A DNA stretch of 44,008 nucleotides from a virus (Duplodnaviria > Heunggongvirae > Uroviricota > Caudoviricetes), in the IMG/VR virus record IMGVR_UViG_3300008262_000022. One strand, 5' to 3'. A program made the translations under genes and the position numbers. This document shows, piece after piece, positions 28,040 to 37,914 of this stretch. The notes below the pieces were generated by a model that was not told the DNA's origin, ran no database searches, and worked only from the letters and a program-made list of their open reading frames with translations. Each line of letters starts with the position of its first letter. Positions within the stretch are counted from its first letter, which is position 1.

Positions 28040-28698
28040 AACCTGTTGCTTTAACGCTATCATCTAGGATACCATTCGGTAAATATGAAAACCGATTGGT
28101 ATCCGATATATTAATATCTGACCCAAGATATCTAAAGTGGTTGTGGGTTGAGAAAAAAGCGATTGCTCCTGATACAGCATTGGAACAACGACTAAGATTA
28201 ACCCCGTCAGATTTTGCGGTAGCAGGAATGAAATTACCTAAAGCTAACTTAAAAGAAAATATGAAAGTAAAACAATTACGCGAAGCTATTCGCCAAATTA
28301 TTCGTAAAGAATTAAACGAAAACCAGCCAGCTAAATCACCAACACCTTCTCGCCCAGAACCAACTACTCTTCCTAAACCAGGAGTAGATAAACCTGATGA
28401 AAAACGCAGAAGAATAGGAAATCCAGATGTAAAACCTGCTCCTAAAAATTTAAAGGAAGAGGAAATGATAGATAAAATTACAGCTCGTTTTATGAAGGCT
28501 AAACAAATAAACGAATTGCTTACTTTAGACGATTTAGAAAAATTATCTCCGAAAAATAAGCCCGCATATACTGATGAACAAATTAGTAAGATGACATTAA
28601 AACAAGCTGAATTAGCTTTAAAAAAAGGAATATGGGATGTACCTCAAAATAAAAAAATTAGGGCTAAATTGCTATCTAGAATTAAATCACTAAAATAA
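28036..28698 (+). CDS. Modular protein: 'IPFGKY...DPRYLKWL' domain fused to a cargo-type Pro-rich module
   Basis: N-terminal 'PFGKY' nucleic-acid-binding-like domain; internal 'LKE-NMKVKQLREAIRQIIRKELNE'. Confidence 0.55.
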   Translation: MKPVALTLSSRIPFGKYENRLVSDILISDPRYLKWLWVEKKAIAPDTALEQRLRLTPSDFAVAGMKLPKANLKENMKVKQLREAIRQIIRKELNENQPAKSPTPSRPEPTTLPKPGVDKPDEKRRRIGNPDVKPAPKNLKEEEMIDKITARFMKAKQINELLTLDDLEKLSPKNKPAYTDEQISKMTLKQAELALKKGIWDVPQNKKIRAKLLSRIKSLK

Positions 28699-29732
28699 TG
28701 AAAAAAAGTTTACTAGAAGTAGAATACGAAGATATATTTAAACCTGAAACGATGGCCGCCTTAAAAGGTAAATCAGGTGAGTCATTGCGCGCTATGTTAG
28801 GTAATAAAAATCTAATGCAAACAATGATGCGTTCTCAGGAACTATTAAATCAAATTATAGCAGCTGAGTCTGATTATCGTATTGAATTACCTATGATTGC
28901 TGAAATTATGGCTAGAGAAGCATATCCTATTTTAGATTATGCTAATATAAAAATAGATGCCAAGATAGTAGGTATGGGTGAAGTAGAACAAAACGATGAT
29001 GGTCCCGATGAAGATGAAGACGAAACTCCTGTAGATGAAATACCATCAACTGATACTAAAGCTATGGAGAAAAAACGCCGTATAATCAACGGTATCACCC
29101 AAGGTGCTTCAGTACGTGGAACATTCGGATTTTTATTATTTAGAGAACATTTAGATGATTTAAACCCAGAATTAGTCGAAAAATATAACGAGATTATGAA
29201 ATTAGTCTTCGGTATATATGATGACGAAAATGCAATTGCTATGTTATTAGCGGCTGTTGGTCAAAAACAAAACATATCAGGTGGTTCATCAGAAATGGTA
29301 TATAACGAAGAAGATGATCAATTCATTATTAAAGCTAGAGCTATATGTTTCCCTATGTTATTCCATGAAATCGTAAAAGGATTATATGAAATCGTAGGAA
29401 CAGAAGGATTTGGTTCAGATAAAGAAGCAAACAAAGCTGTAGTTAATGCTGTAGATAGAGTATCAAATGAACCTCGTGATTTTCAATATGGTAAATTTAT
29501 ATATGATGCTTTATCGAATCTATATAACCAAAGCAATATAGACGATGCTAGAGTTAGAGAATTATTCTTTACAGAAGTATACAGATTAGATGATAGAGAA
29601 TTTATTATGTTCATTGAAAACTTATTAAACAATAAATTAAGTCCTACCCAAAAGAAATGGGCATCTGATACAATGAGAGAAATTGAATCTGACCTAAAGA
29701 AAGATGATACTGGACTTTCTGGCTTGGATTAG
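28698..29732 (+). CDS. Hypothetical acidic protein with 'SLLE' leader
   Basis: 344-aa ORF, TAATG-coupled; 'FPMLFHEIVKG'. Confidence 0.55.
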   Translation: MKKSLLEVEYEDIFKPETMAALKGKSGESLRAMLGNKNLMQTMMRSQELLNQIIAAESDYRIELPMIAEIMAREAYPILDYANIKIDAKIVGMGEVEQNDDGPDEDEDETPVDEIPSTDTKAMEKKRRIINGITQGASVRGTFGFLLFREHLDDLNPELVEKYNEIMKLVFGIYDDENAIAMLLAAVGQKQNISGGSSEMVYNEEDDQFIIKARAICFPMLFHEIVKGLYEIVGTEGFGSDKEANKAVVNAVDRVSNEPRDFQYGKFIYDALSNLYNQSNIDDARVRELFFTEVYRLDDREFIMFIENLLNNKLSPTQKKWASDTMREIESDLKKDDTGLSGLD

Positions 29733-29754
29733 TGAAAAAAGTATATTAACTTTC
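29723..29754 (+). promoter_or_regulatory. Bacteroidota sigma70-type promoter
   Basis: CTTG (29723-29726), 20-nt spacer, TAACTTTC (29747-29754). Confidence 0.45.
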
Positions 29755-29769
29755 GAAAAAAAGTAAGAT

Positions 29770-30012
29770 ATGACAAAAACACTAAGAACAGGAGACGGAA
29801 CTATACTTTATTATAGTAACACAGATGGAGTAAATAAACTTCACAATTGGGATGGACCAGCATTTATACCTCAAGGTAACATGAAATTAGCAGAATACTA
29901 TATCTACGGTATTCAATACACTAAAGAAGATTGGATAGATCGTAAACGAGATACTAATGGTTTACCATGGTTTAAAACAGCTATTGGTAAAACAGTAGGT
30001 GCAAGAGTTTAA
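29770..30012 (+). CDS. Small protein with an 'LH..DGPA' repeat-like motif
   Basis: 'KLHNWDGPAFIP...EYYIYG'. Confidence 0.55.
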   Translation: MTKTLRTGDGTILYYSNTDGVNKLHNWDGPAFIPQGNMKLAEYYIYGIQYTKEDWIDRKRDTNGLPWFKTAIGKTVGARV

Positions 30013-30018
30013 AAGATT

Positions 30019-30041
30019 AGGGTCGTCAAGACCCTTTTTTT
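30019..30041 (+). terminator. Rho-independent terminator, overlapping a -7-like element TATCTTTA (30041-30048)
   Basis: AGGGTC-gtcaa-GACCCT followed by a T-run. Confidence 0.65.
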
Positions 30042-30052
30042 ATCTTTATAAC

Positions 30053-30283
30053 ATGAAACAATTCACACGAACATATACAGATGATGATGGTACTACTTAT
30101 ATTTGGAAATATGATCTAGACAAATTTAGTAGAGGACCAATAGAAACTACAGTCAATTATTCTAAAGAATCATTATCTGAAGGAGGAAAAACAAAAAACA
30201 ATAAAATAGATCAAAAATACCTTAACCCAGCAAACGGAAAGTACGTTGGGTATGGCAGAGCAAAATCATTAGGTTTAATATAA
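30053..30283 (+). CDS. Hypothetical protein
   Basis: Start moved to ATG 30053, because the annotated 29999 start runs through a terminator. Confidence 0.5.
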   Translation: MKQFTRTYTDDDGTTYIWKYDLDKFSRGPIETTVNYSKESLSEGGKTKNNKIDQKYLNPANGKYVGYGRAKSLGLI

Positions 30284-30286
30284 AAT

Positions 30287-30813
30287 ATGAAAATAGGATT
30301 AGCAGGAACAGTTAGTGTTGGTAAATCAACACTTGTAAAAGCTCTAGCAGAATTAGAGCAGTTTAAAGATTATCATGTAGCTACAGAACGTAGTAAATAT
30401 TTGCGTGATCAAGGAATAGCATTAAATGATGATTCAACAACTCAACTAAAGGTCAATTTGTATTTGCAGCTGAACGTAGTTTAGAATTAATGCATGAAAA
30501 TTTATTAACTGACAGAACAATATATGATGTGTGTGCATTTACATTAAGTGCTAAATCAATTGGTTATAATGATAAGATTAAATTAATCGAATCATTTGTT
30601 ACTATAAGAAATGACTATGATTTAATAGTGTATGTATCACCTGAGGGTGTTGATATTGAAGATAACGGTGTTAGGACAACAGACGCTGAATATCGTATAA
30701 AAATAGATTTTGCTATTCGCGGATTATTAAAAGAATACCCACCAGTAAAATTAATAGAAGTTAAGGGTTCAACAGAAGAACGCATCAATTTAATACTTTC
30801 CCAAATAAACTAA
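30287..30813 (+). pseudogene. P-loop ATPase/kinase (NadR/AAA_28-like) frameshifted by a 5-bp duplication
   Basis: 'GTVSVGKST' in 30287..30484 and 'TDRT..DV.AF' in 30490..30813. Removing one CAACT of the tandem at 30438-30447 gives a continuous '...DDSTTKGQFVFAAERSLELMHE...'. Confidence 0.7.
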
Positions 30814-30845
30814 TATTTATGTATACAGAAATAAACGCAAATATA

Positions 30846-31778
30846 ATGACCCCTAAACAAATCCGTGCTTTAGTTAAAGAAGTAATATTAGAAACAACTA
30901 ATGCTATTATATCTACCAAAACAGGTACTAAAACAATCCCATATAAAAATGCTAGCGAGTTAAATACTTTAAAAAACGATCCTAACATTAGTAGTATTGA
31001 AACTACAGGTGGTCAAAAAATTAAAGAAATGGCTCGTAAAGCTAAAGGATATCAAATTGTAGATCCTGAGTTTAACACCACCCCATATGCTAACAAAATA
31101 GTAAGTGGTGTTTCTATGGCTACCATCATTGATTATATTAAAGAAAATCCGGGTGTAGAGAAAAAAGATATACAAACACAATTTAACTTCGTACGTCCTC
31201 AAATAGCTAATGCATTGATGAATGGTCTAAAAGATGCTGGAATTATTGCTAAAATGGGTGAAATAGCAGTGGACGATGAAACTGGAGAAGTAACAGTAAC
31301 TGACGAGCCTGAAACTCCAACATCACGAGCAGGTGCTGAAGATTTCTTTGTTGGTAATAGAACAGGTAATTTCTTTTCATCTGGTGAGCCTAGCTTAACG
31401 GATGATGAAGATGAAATGGGCATGCCTGAAGAACCAGAAATACCTGAACTACCAGCTGAGATTCCTCAATCAATAGGAGGTATGGCCGATGAAGATTATA
31501 ACGCTTGGATGGAATATTCTAAATTTAAAGAACGTTTAGCTAGAACTAAAAGTGCTTTAATGCAAGCTAAGAAAATGGGTAGAAGCAGAGATGATTTATC
31601 ATCTGGGTCAGATGAAATAGAACGTTTAGCTAAATTAAAAGCATCATTAGAACAACGTATGCAAAATGTTATTGATTCTAGCGAATATGTTAAAAATAAG
31701 ATAGAACAAGAAAAAAATGCTCCATCTGAAGATGAAATAATGGAGCGCTTTCAGAAATTAGCGAATATTATAAAATGA
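30846..31778 (+). CDS. Acidic putative core protein with N-terminal leader and scaffold-like C-terminus
   Basis: 'MTPKQIRALVKEVILE' (ATG 30846; 30819 is an alternative start); ends 'MERFQKLANIIK'; TATTTATG at 30814-30821. Confidence 0.6.
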   Translation: MTPKQIRALVKEVILETTNAIISTKTGTKTIPYKNASELNTLKNDPNISSIETTGGQKIKEMARKAKGYQIVDPEFNTTPYANKIVSGVSMATIIDYIKENPGVEKKDIQTQFNFVRPQIANALMNGLKDAGIIAKMGEIAVDDETGEVTVTDEPETPTSRAGAEDFFVGNRTGNFFSSGEPSLTDDEDEMGMPEEPEIPELPAEIPQSIGGMADEDYNAWMEYSKFKERLARTKSALMQAKKMGRSRDDLSSGSDEIERLAKLKASLEQRMQNVIDSSEYVKNKIEQEKNAPSEDEIMERFQKLANIIK

Positions 31779-32437
31779 CAAACAAATTAATTTGGTTATT
31801 AATAGGAATAGTAGTAGGTATTTTACTTACTACTTATTCTATTTATGTAGGACCATCAAGTAATAATTTTAAACAAACTATAGATAGTTTAAATCATGTT
31901 ATTGATTCTAACAAAGCTATAACTAATGCTCAAAGTATTAAAATAGCAGAATTTACTAAACAAGATTCAATATTGTCTAAGCAAGTAATAACATTAACTA
32001 AAGAACGTAATGTTGCTCGAGCAGAAGCAAATAAAAAAGCCAATAACCCTAATCTATCTAATTCAGATACATTACGTAAATTCTTTGTAGAGAGATACCC
32101 AACTGAAGATAAAACAACATTATCTTTACCTAAAGAATCTATGATAAGTGCTGCTCGTGATTTAATTTATTGTGATGGAGATAGAAAAGATTTGTTATAT
32201 GCTGATAGTACTAATGGTATACTAAATAAAAGAATAGCTACTAAAGATAGTATCATATACGCGTATCAAGTAAAAGACACGGCTCAGCAAACAACTATAT
32301 CATCACAGGATGTTAAATACAATACTTTAGAAAAAGAATACATTAAAGTAAATAAGCAAAATAAAGCTTTAACAATTCTAGCTAAAACTACATCGGTTAT
32401 AGCAACTATAGCACTAACACTATTTATTATAAAATAA
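31775..32437 (+). CDS. Membrane-anchored coiled-coil protein (spanin-like candidate)
   Basis: N-terminal TM helix, long coiled coil, C-terminal hydrophobic helix. Confidence 0.4.
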   Translation: MTNKLIWLLIGIVVGILLTTYSIYVGPSSNNFKQTIDSLNHVIDSNKAITNAQSIKIAEFTKQDSILSKQVITLTKERNVARAEANKKANNPNLSNSDTLRKFFVERYPTEDKTTLSLPKESMISAARDLIYCDGDRKDLLYADSTNGILNKRIATKDSIIYAYQVKDTAQQTTISSQDVKYNTLEKEYIKVNKQNKALTILAKTTSVIATIALTLFIIK

Positions 32438-32443
32438 TATTTA

Positions 32444-32470
32444 AAAGCCGGTCAACACCGGCTTTATTTA
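32444..32470 (+). terminator. Rho-independent terminator upstream of terminase
   Basis: AAAGCCGGT-caac-ACCGGCTTT followed by ATTTATT. Confidence 0.7.
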
Positions 32471-32498
32471 TTCTTATATATTTATATACAAATAGTAT

Positions 32499-34097
32499 AT
32501 GAGTAATCAAGAACAAATTAGAGAAATCATAAAACAGGAATATATTAAGTGCGCCACAGACCCTGTTCATTTTTTTAGAAAATATTGTTACATAACACAT
32601 CCTGTAAAGGGTAGGGTATTATTCCACTTATACCCTTTTCAGGCTGATACCTTACAGGATATTAGAGACAACCGTTTTACAATTATCAATAAATCACGCC
32701 AGTTAGGTATATCAACTCTAGTAGCAGGATATTCTTTATGGACTATGTTATTCCATAAAGATAAAACAGTGTTATGTATAGCAACTAAACAAGAAACAGC
32801 TAAGGGTATGGTTGAAAAAGTACAGTTTATGTACAATAACCTACCTAGTTGGTTAAAAGGTAATCAAAAACCTATATCAGATAATAAACTATCATTAAAA
32901 TTAGCCAATAACTCCCAAATTGTAGCAACATCAGCAGCATCAGATGCTGGTAGATCTTATGCAGTATCTTTATTAATAGTGGATGAGGCTGCATTTATCG
33001 AGGGTATTGATAAAATATACACGAGTATTAAACCTACCATTGCTACTGGTGGTGGTATTATTGCTTTATCTTCACCAAATGGTGTAGGTAACTGGTTTCA
33101 TAAAATGTATACTGAAGCCGAAATTGGTAAAAATGATTTTAAAGCAATTAAATTACCTTGGAATTTACACCCCGATCGTGTAGCACCTATAGATGAAGGA
33201 TGGGAACAACGAGAACGAGCTAATATGTCACCTCGTGAATTTGCTCAGGAATATGATTGCGACTTTTTAGGATCAGGTAACACAGTAGTTGATTCTGATA
33301 TATTAGGATTTTATGAACAAACCTATATACAAGATCCTATAGAACGAAGATTAATGGGTGGTGATTTATGGATATGGCAATACCCAGATTACTCTAGAAG
33401 CTATCTAGTATCAGCGGACGTAGCTAGAGGGGATGGAACGGATTATTCTACATTCCATGTTATTGATTTAGAAAATTGTGAACAAGTAGCTGAGTATAAA
33501 TCACAAGTTAGTACTCGTGAATTTGGACATGTATTAGTATCTATAGCTAGTGAATATAATAATGCGTTGCTAGTAGTAGAAAATGCTAATATTGGTTGGG
33601 ATGTTGTAAATACCATTATAGAAAGAGGATACCCTAATTTATATTATTCACCTAGATCGTATGGTGAAATGAATGTAGATAAATGGATGGCAAAAATGGA
33701 AAGTGATAATACAGTTCCTGGTTTTACTAACTCTACTCGTACAAGACCACTTGTCATCTCAAAGACAGAGACGTATATTAGAGAAAGAACGTTTACCTTT
33801 CATTCAAAACGATTACTAGAAGAACTACGTGTATTTATTTGGCAAAATGGTAAAGCACAAGCACAAAATGGGTATAATGATGACTTAGTAATGGCTTTAG
33901 GAATTGGTTTATTTGTTCGAGATACTGGGTTAAAATTTAGTACACAAGGATTAGATTTAACCCGAGCAGCAGTAATGAATATTAGTAATACTAAAACATC
34001 AATAAGTTATGGGACTATAAATCCCAATTTTCAAAACCCATACCAGATGAATGATGGTATGGGAGGAATAGAAGATATTAGATGGTTAATAGACTAA
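32499..34097 (+). CDS. terL: Terminase large subunit
   Basis: Walker A 'KSRQLGIST', Walker B 'LIVDEAAF', 'SSPNG', nuclease 'SADVARG' and 'DDLVMAL'; TATTTATA at 32479-32486. Confidence 0.95.
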   Translation: MSNQEQIREIIKQEYIKCATDPVHFFRKYCYITHPVKGRVLFHLYPFQADTLQDIRDNRFTIINKSRQLGISTLVAGYSLWTMLFHKDKTVLCIATKQETAKGMVEKVQFMYNNLPSWLKGNQKPISDNKLSLKLANNSQIVATSAASDAGRSYAVSLLIVDEAAFIEGIDKIYTSIKPTIATGGGIIALSSPNGVGNWFHKMYTEAEIGKNDFKAIKLPWNLHPDRVAPIDEGWEQRERANMSPREFAQEYDCDFLGSGNTVVDSDILGFYEQTYIQDPIERRLMGGDLWIWQYPDYSRSYLVSADVARGDGTDYSTFHVIDLENCEQVAEYKSQVSTREFGHVLVSIASEYNNALLVVENANIGWDVVNTIIERGYPNLYYSPRSYGEMNVDKWMAKMESDNTVPGFTNSTRTRPLVISKTETYIRERTFTFHSKRLLEELRVFIWQNGKAQAQNGYNDDLVMALGIGLFVRDTGLKFSTQGLDLTRAAVMNISNTKTSISYGTINPNFQNPYQMNDGMGGIEDIRWLID

Positions 34098-34126
34098 TAT
34101 ATTTATTAATATATTTATAATATAAA

Positions 34127-36019
34127 ATGGCAGAAAATAATGTAAACAACACAGGATTATTTGGACAACTAAGACGTTTATTTAGTTCTGATGTTATTAT
34201 TAGAAATGTAGGGGGTAAACAATTAAAGACTATTGATGTCGATAATATTCAAGCATATGGTAATATAAAAACTAATGCTTTAATAGATAGGTTTACAAAA
34301 CTTCATAGATATGGGGCTAATATGCCTTATAATCCTACAATGAATTACCAAACACTTCGTATTCAATTATATACTGATTATGAAGCTATGGATACTGAAT
34401 CTATTATAGCTTCTGCTCTTGATATAGTAGCAGATGAATCTACTCTTAAAAACGAAACAGGAGAAGTTTTACAAATAAGAAGTTCAGATGAAAATATTCA
34501 ACGTATATTATATAATTTATTTTATGATATTTTAAATATCGAATTTAATTTATGGGTATGGGTTCGCAATATGTGTAAATATGGTGACTTTTATTTACAT
34601 TTAGAAATAGCAGAAAAATTTGGAGTATATAATGTAAGTCCATTATCTGTTTATGATATGGTGCGTGAAGAAGGTACTGATCCTGAAAATCCTAATTATG
34701 TTTGTTTTCGAATAGATCCAATGGTTATTGCTGCTGGTGGTATTAACAGTCGTGTTAGAGATAGAGATGGTAAAATTAAATTTGAAAATTATGAAATAGC
34801 ACATTTTAGATTATTAACAGATGCTAATTATTTACCTTATGGTAGATCTTATATAGAACCAGCTCGCAAAACATATAAACAGTATATTTTAATGAAGGAT
34901 GCGATGTTATTACATCGTATTACCCGTGCCCCAGAAAAACGTGTATTCTATATTGATATTGGAAATATGCCTCCTAATGAGGTTGATGGATACATGGAGC
35001 GTTTAAAACAAAAAATGAAAAAAACTCCTTATATTGATCAACAAACAGGTGAATATAATTTAAAATATAACATGATGAATGTTATGGAGGATTTCTACAT
35101 ACCTCAACGTGGTGCTAACTCAAATACTAAAATTGATACAATTAAAGGTTTAGAATATAATGCTATTGATGATGTAAATTTCCTTCGTGATGAAATGTTA
35201 GCTGCTCTTAAAGTACCTAAAGCATTTTTCGGATTTGAAAAAGATTTAACTGGTAAAGCAACATTAGCTGCTGAAGATATTCGTTTTGCTCGCACAGTAG
35301 AACGTATCCAACGTATTGTTTTATCAGAATTATATAAGATAGCGCTCGTACATTTATATGTTCAAGGATATGATGGTGAATCATTAGGTAATTTTGAATT
35401 ATCTTTAACCACACCATCTATTATATATGATCAAGAAAAAATAGCTATATGGAAAGAAAAAGTTACTTTAGCTAAAGATTTATTAGACACTAATTTAGTC
35501 CCTTCAGATTGGATATATGATTACGTATTTAAATTCTCAGAAGATCAATATGATGAATTACGTGATTTAGTGATGGAAGACAAAAAACGCTTATTCCGTT
35601 TAGGCCAAATTGAAAATGAGGGTAATGACCCAGCTAAATCAGGTAAATCATACGGAACACCTCATGATTTAGCAGCATTATATGGTCGTGGTAGAACAGG
35701 TATGGAAGCACAACAAACCGTACCTGGAGGATATAATGAAAAAGCACCAATAGGTCGTCCAAAAGAAAAAACATCTATAATAAACACACAAAAAGATCCA
35801 TTAGGTAAAGATAGATTAGGTAAAAAAGGTATGAATACTCTTTATACCGCTAATAAACATAGTAATGATATGGTAGATGGTACACCTAAAGGAGGATCAC
35901 CTTTAGCTTTAACAGAGTTACACAAAAATAAACCTTTGTTAGAGTCATTAAGAAAAAATATAATATTTAAATCGGATGAACCTGATTTATTATCTGAAGA
36001 AAATATTAAGAACATATAA
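34127..36019 (+). CDS. gp20: Portal protein, T4 gp20-like
   Basis: 'DAMLLHRITRAPEKRVFYIDIGNMP', 'EDFYIPQRG', 'ALKVPKAF'; follows terL. Confidence 0.93.
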   Translation: MAENNVNNTGLFGQLRRLFSSDVIIRNVGGKQLKTIDVDNIQAYGNIKTNALIDRFTKLHRYGANMPYNPTMNYQTLRIQLYTDYEAMDTESIIASALDIVADESTLKNETGEVLQIRSSDENIQRILYNLFYDILNIEFNLWVWVRNMCKYGDFYLHLEIAEKFGVYNVSPLSVYDMVREEGTDPENPNYVCFRIDPMVIAAGGINSRVRDRDGKIKFENYEIAHFRLLTDANYLPYGRSYIEPARKTYKQYILMKDAMLLHRITRAPEKRVFYIDIGNMPPNEVDGYMERLKQKMKKTPYIDQQTGEYNLKYNMMNVMEDFYIPQRGANSNTKIDTIKGLEYNAIDDVNFLRDEMLAALKVPKAFFGFEKDLTGKATLAAEDIRFARTVERIQRIVLSELYKIALVHLYVQGYDGESLGNFELSLTTPSIIYDQEKIAIWKEKVTLAKDLLDTNLVPSDWIYDYVFKFSEDQYDELRDLVMEDKKRLFRLGQIENEGNDPAKSGKSYGTPHDLAALYGRGRTGMEAQQTVPGGYNEKAPIGRPKEKTSIINTQKDPLGKDRLGKKGMNTLYTANKHSNDMVDGTPKGGSPLALTELHKNKPLLESLRKNIIFKSDEPDLLSEENIKNI

Positions 36020-36052
36020 TTATTATATATTTATAGATAGTGCATACTTTTT

Positions 36053-36907
36053 ATGAGAATCAAACATTCAAAATACAAAAATACAGGTATATTGTTTGAA
36101 TTATTAGTTAGACAAATAGCATCAGACACTATATCTAACAAAGATTCAGCTGCTATTGACTTAGTTAAAAGATATTTTAACAAAACTGAATTAGCTAAAG
36201 AATATAAAATATATCAAATCTTAACTAATTCTAATACTCTTAGTGAGGCTAAAGCAGAAACTTTTATTAATACTACTATTAATATATCCTCACGTTTAAA
36301 CAAATCTGTTTTACGTAAAGAAAAATATAATTTAATTAAAGAAATTCGTGAAAATTACAATATTGATGAGTTTTTTAAAGCCAAAATAAATAACTATTCT
36401 CAATATGCCGCTATCTATAATTTAATAGAGGCTAATAATTCATCAGAATTTATTGAACCCAATCAAATTATAGATAATAAAGTAACCTTACTTGAGCATA
36501 TTACTCGTAAAGAAATAAATAAAGATGGTGTTAAAGATCGTATTCTTGAAGAATATGCTAAAATGGATAAAGGTACTCGCTTATTAGCGTATCGAGTATT
36601 ACTAGAAAAATTCAATAAGAAATACTCTACATTAGACAATAGACAAAAAAATGTATTAAAAGAATACATTAATAATATATCTAACACTACTGGGTTAAAA
36701 GAGTTTGTTAATAGTCAATATACAGCCTTACGTAACGAATTAAATGAATTATCAAACAACGTTACTGATAAAACAATCAAGATTAAATTAACTGAGGTAA
36801 TTACTTTATTACAGCCATTAGGGAAAACCCAAAACGTAAAAGATGAAAATTTAATTTCATTATTACAGTATTATCAATTAACAAACGAATTAAAATCAGT
36901 TAAATAA
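36053..36907 (+). CDS. Head-assembly-region helical protein
   Basis: 284 aa directly after portal; TATTTATA at 36028-36035. Confidence 0.55.
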   Translation: MRIKHSKYKNTGILFELLVRQIASDTISNKDSAAIDLVKRYFNKTELAKEYKIYQILTNSNTLSEAKAETFINTTINISSRLNKSVLRKEKYNLIKEIRENYNIDEFFKAKINNYSQYAAIYNLIEANNSSEFIEPNQIIDNKVTLLEHITRKEINKDGVKDRILEEYAKMDKGTRLLAYRVLLEKFNKKYSTLDNRQKNVLKEYINNISNTTGLKEFVNSQYTALRNELNELSNNVTDKTIKIKLTEVITLLQPLGKTQNVKDENLISLLQYYQLTNELKSVK

Positions 36908-37914
36908 TGAAGGAGTATATTAAAAAACTTATACAAGAAGAATTAGCAAATAAGTTAAAGGAAACTACACATCCTTGGTATACATCTCTTAACGGGTATT
37001 ATAAAGGTGACACAAAAGCTGGATCAGGCCCAAGACATACTGGTAATGTAATTGATTATCTAAAACCAGGTACTTTAGTATATAATGCTAAGGGTGAGTC
37101 TAAAAGAATTAAAGATACAACTAGTGATCATATTATGTTTACTGATGGTACTAAAGATTACTTCATGAACTGGTTTCCTGAGAAACCTGATTTATATGAA
37201 GAATCAGCAACGGGCGCTATAGGCGTTGGAGCTGGTCCTATCATGACTCCTAAAGCTTTTGCTCCTAAAGGACAAAAAACAAATAAAGCAACTAAAACAG
37301 CAATGAAACAAGGATTTAAAAAAACATCAGGTATGCCTAAAAACTCTAAAATGTTAGATTATAAAGAACTTTGGAAAGGTAAAAAATCAGCTATGAATGA
37401 AATGGAAAACACATCTGAATCTATAAAAGTTGGTGATAAACTTAAACATAAATTAACTGGTGCTGAAATGGTTGTAACTAAAGTAAATGGAAATAATCTT
37501 ACTACTAAAATTACTTTAGTTGGTAATTTAAAAACAGGTAAAGTTGGAGATATTAATAAAACTAATGCTTTACTAGTAGGTAAAACATATGATTTAATTA
37601 AAGAAAATAAATCTTTAGAAGAAACAATAAATAATATAGTTAAAGAAGAATTACTTAACGAAGTATCATATAATAAATTTAAAAACGAAGTAAAATATCG
37701 TACTAAAGCAGAAATGCTTCATAAAAGTATTCGTGAAGTAAAACGTAAATTAGCTGAAGTAGACCAATTAATTGAATATACTACTCGTATAAAACAAGAA
37801 TTAAGCGAAAATGAGGATGGAAGTAATTATTGGAAACGCAGCTTAAAAGCTATAAACGAAATAAGCGAAATATCAAATAAAATTAGTAACAAAATTAAAT
37901 CAATCTATCAGTAA
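36907..37914 (+). CDS. Multi-module putative prohead core/internal protein
   Basis: 'MKEYIKKLIQEEL..LKE' leader; internal 'LYEE', 'MNE', 'LIKE' and a second leader 'INNIVKEELLNE'. Confidence 0.55.
   Translation: MKEYIKKLIQEELANKLKETTHPWYTSLNGYYKGDTKAGSGPRHTGNVIDYLKPGTLVYNAKGESKRIKDTTSDHIMFTDGTKDYFMNWFPEKPDLYEESATGAIGVGAGPIMTPKAFAPKGQKTNKATKTAMKQGFKKTSGMPKNSKMLDYKELWKGKKSAMNEMENTSESIKVGDKLKHKLTGAEMVVTKVNGNNLTTKITLVGNLKTGKVGDINKTNALLVGKTYDLIKENKSLEETINNIVKEELLNEVSYNKFKNEVKYRTKAEMLHKSIREVKRKLAEVDQLIEYTTRIKQELSENEDGSNYWKRSLKAINEISEISNKISNKIKSIYQ

Noticed and set aside
35217-35417. 66-aa + strand ORF nested in portal
   Set aside because: Out-of-frame overlap with a highly conserved gene, with no promoter or motif support.
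32499-36019. Inteins or introns in terminase or portal
   Set aside because: Lengths (532 and 630 aa) and motif spacing look uninterrupted, and no intein or LAGLIDADG blocks were seen.
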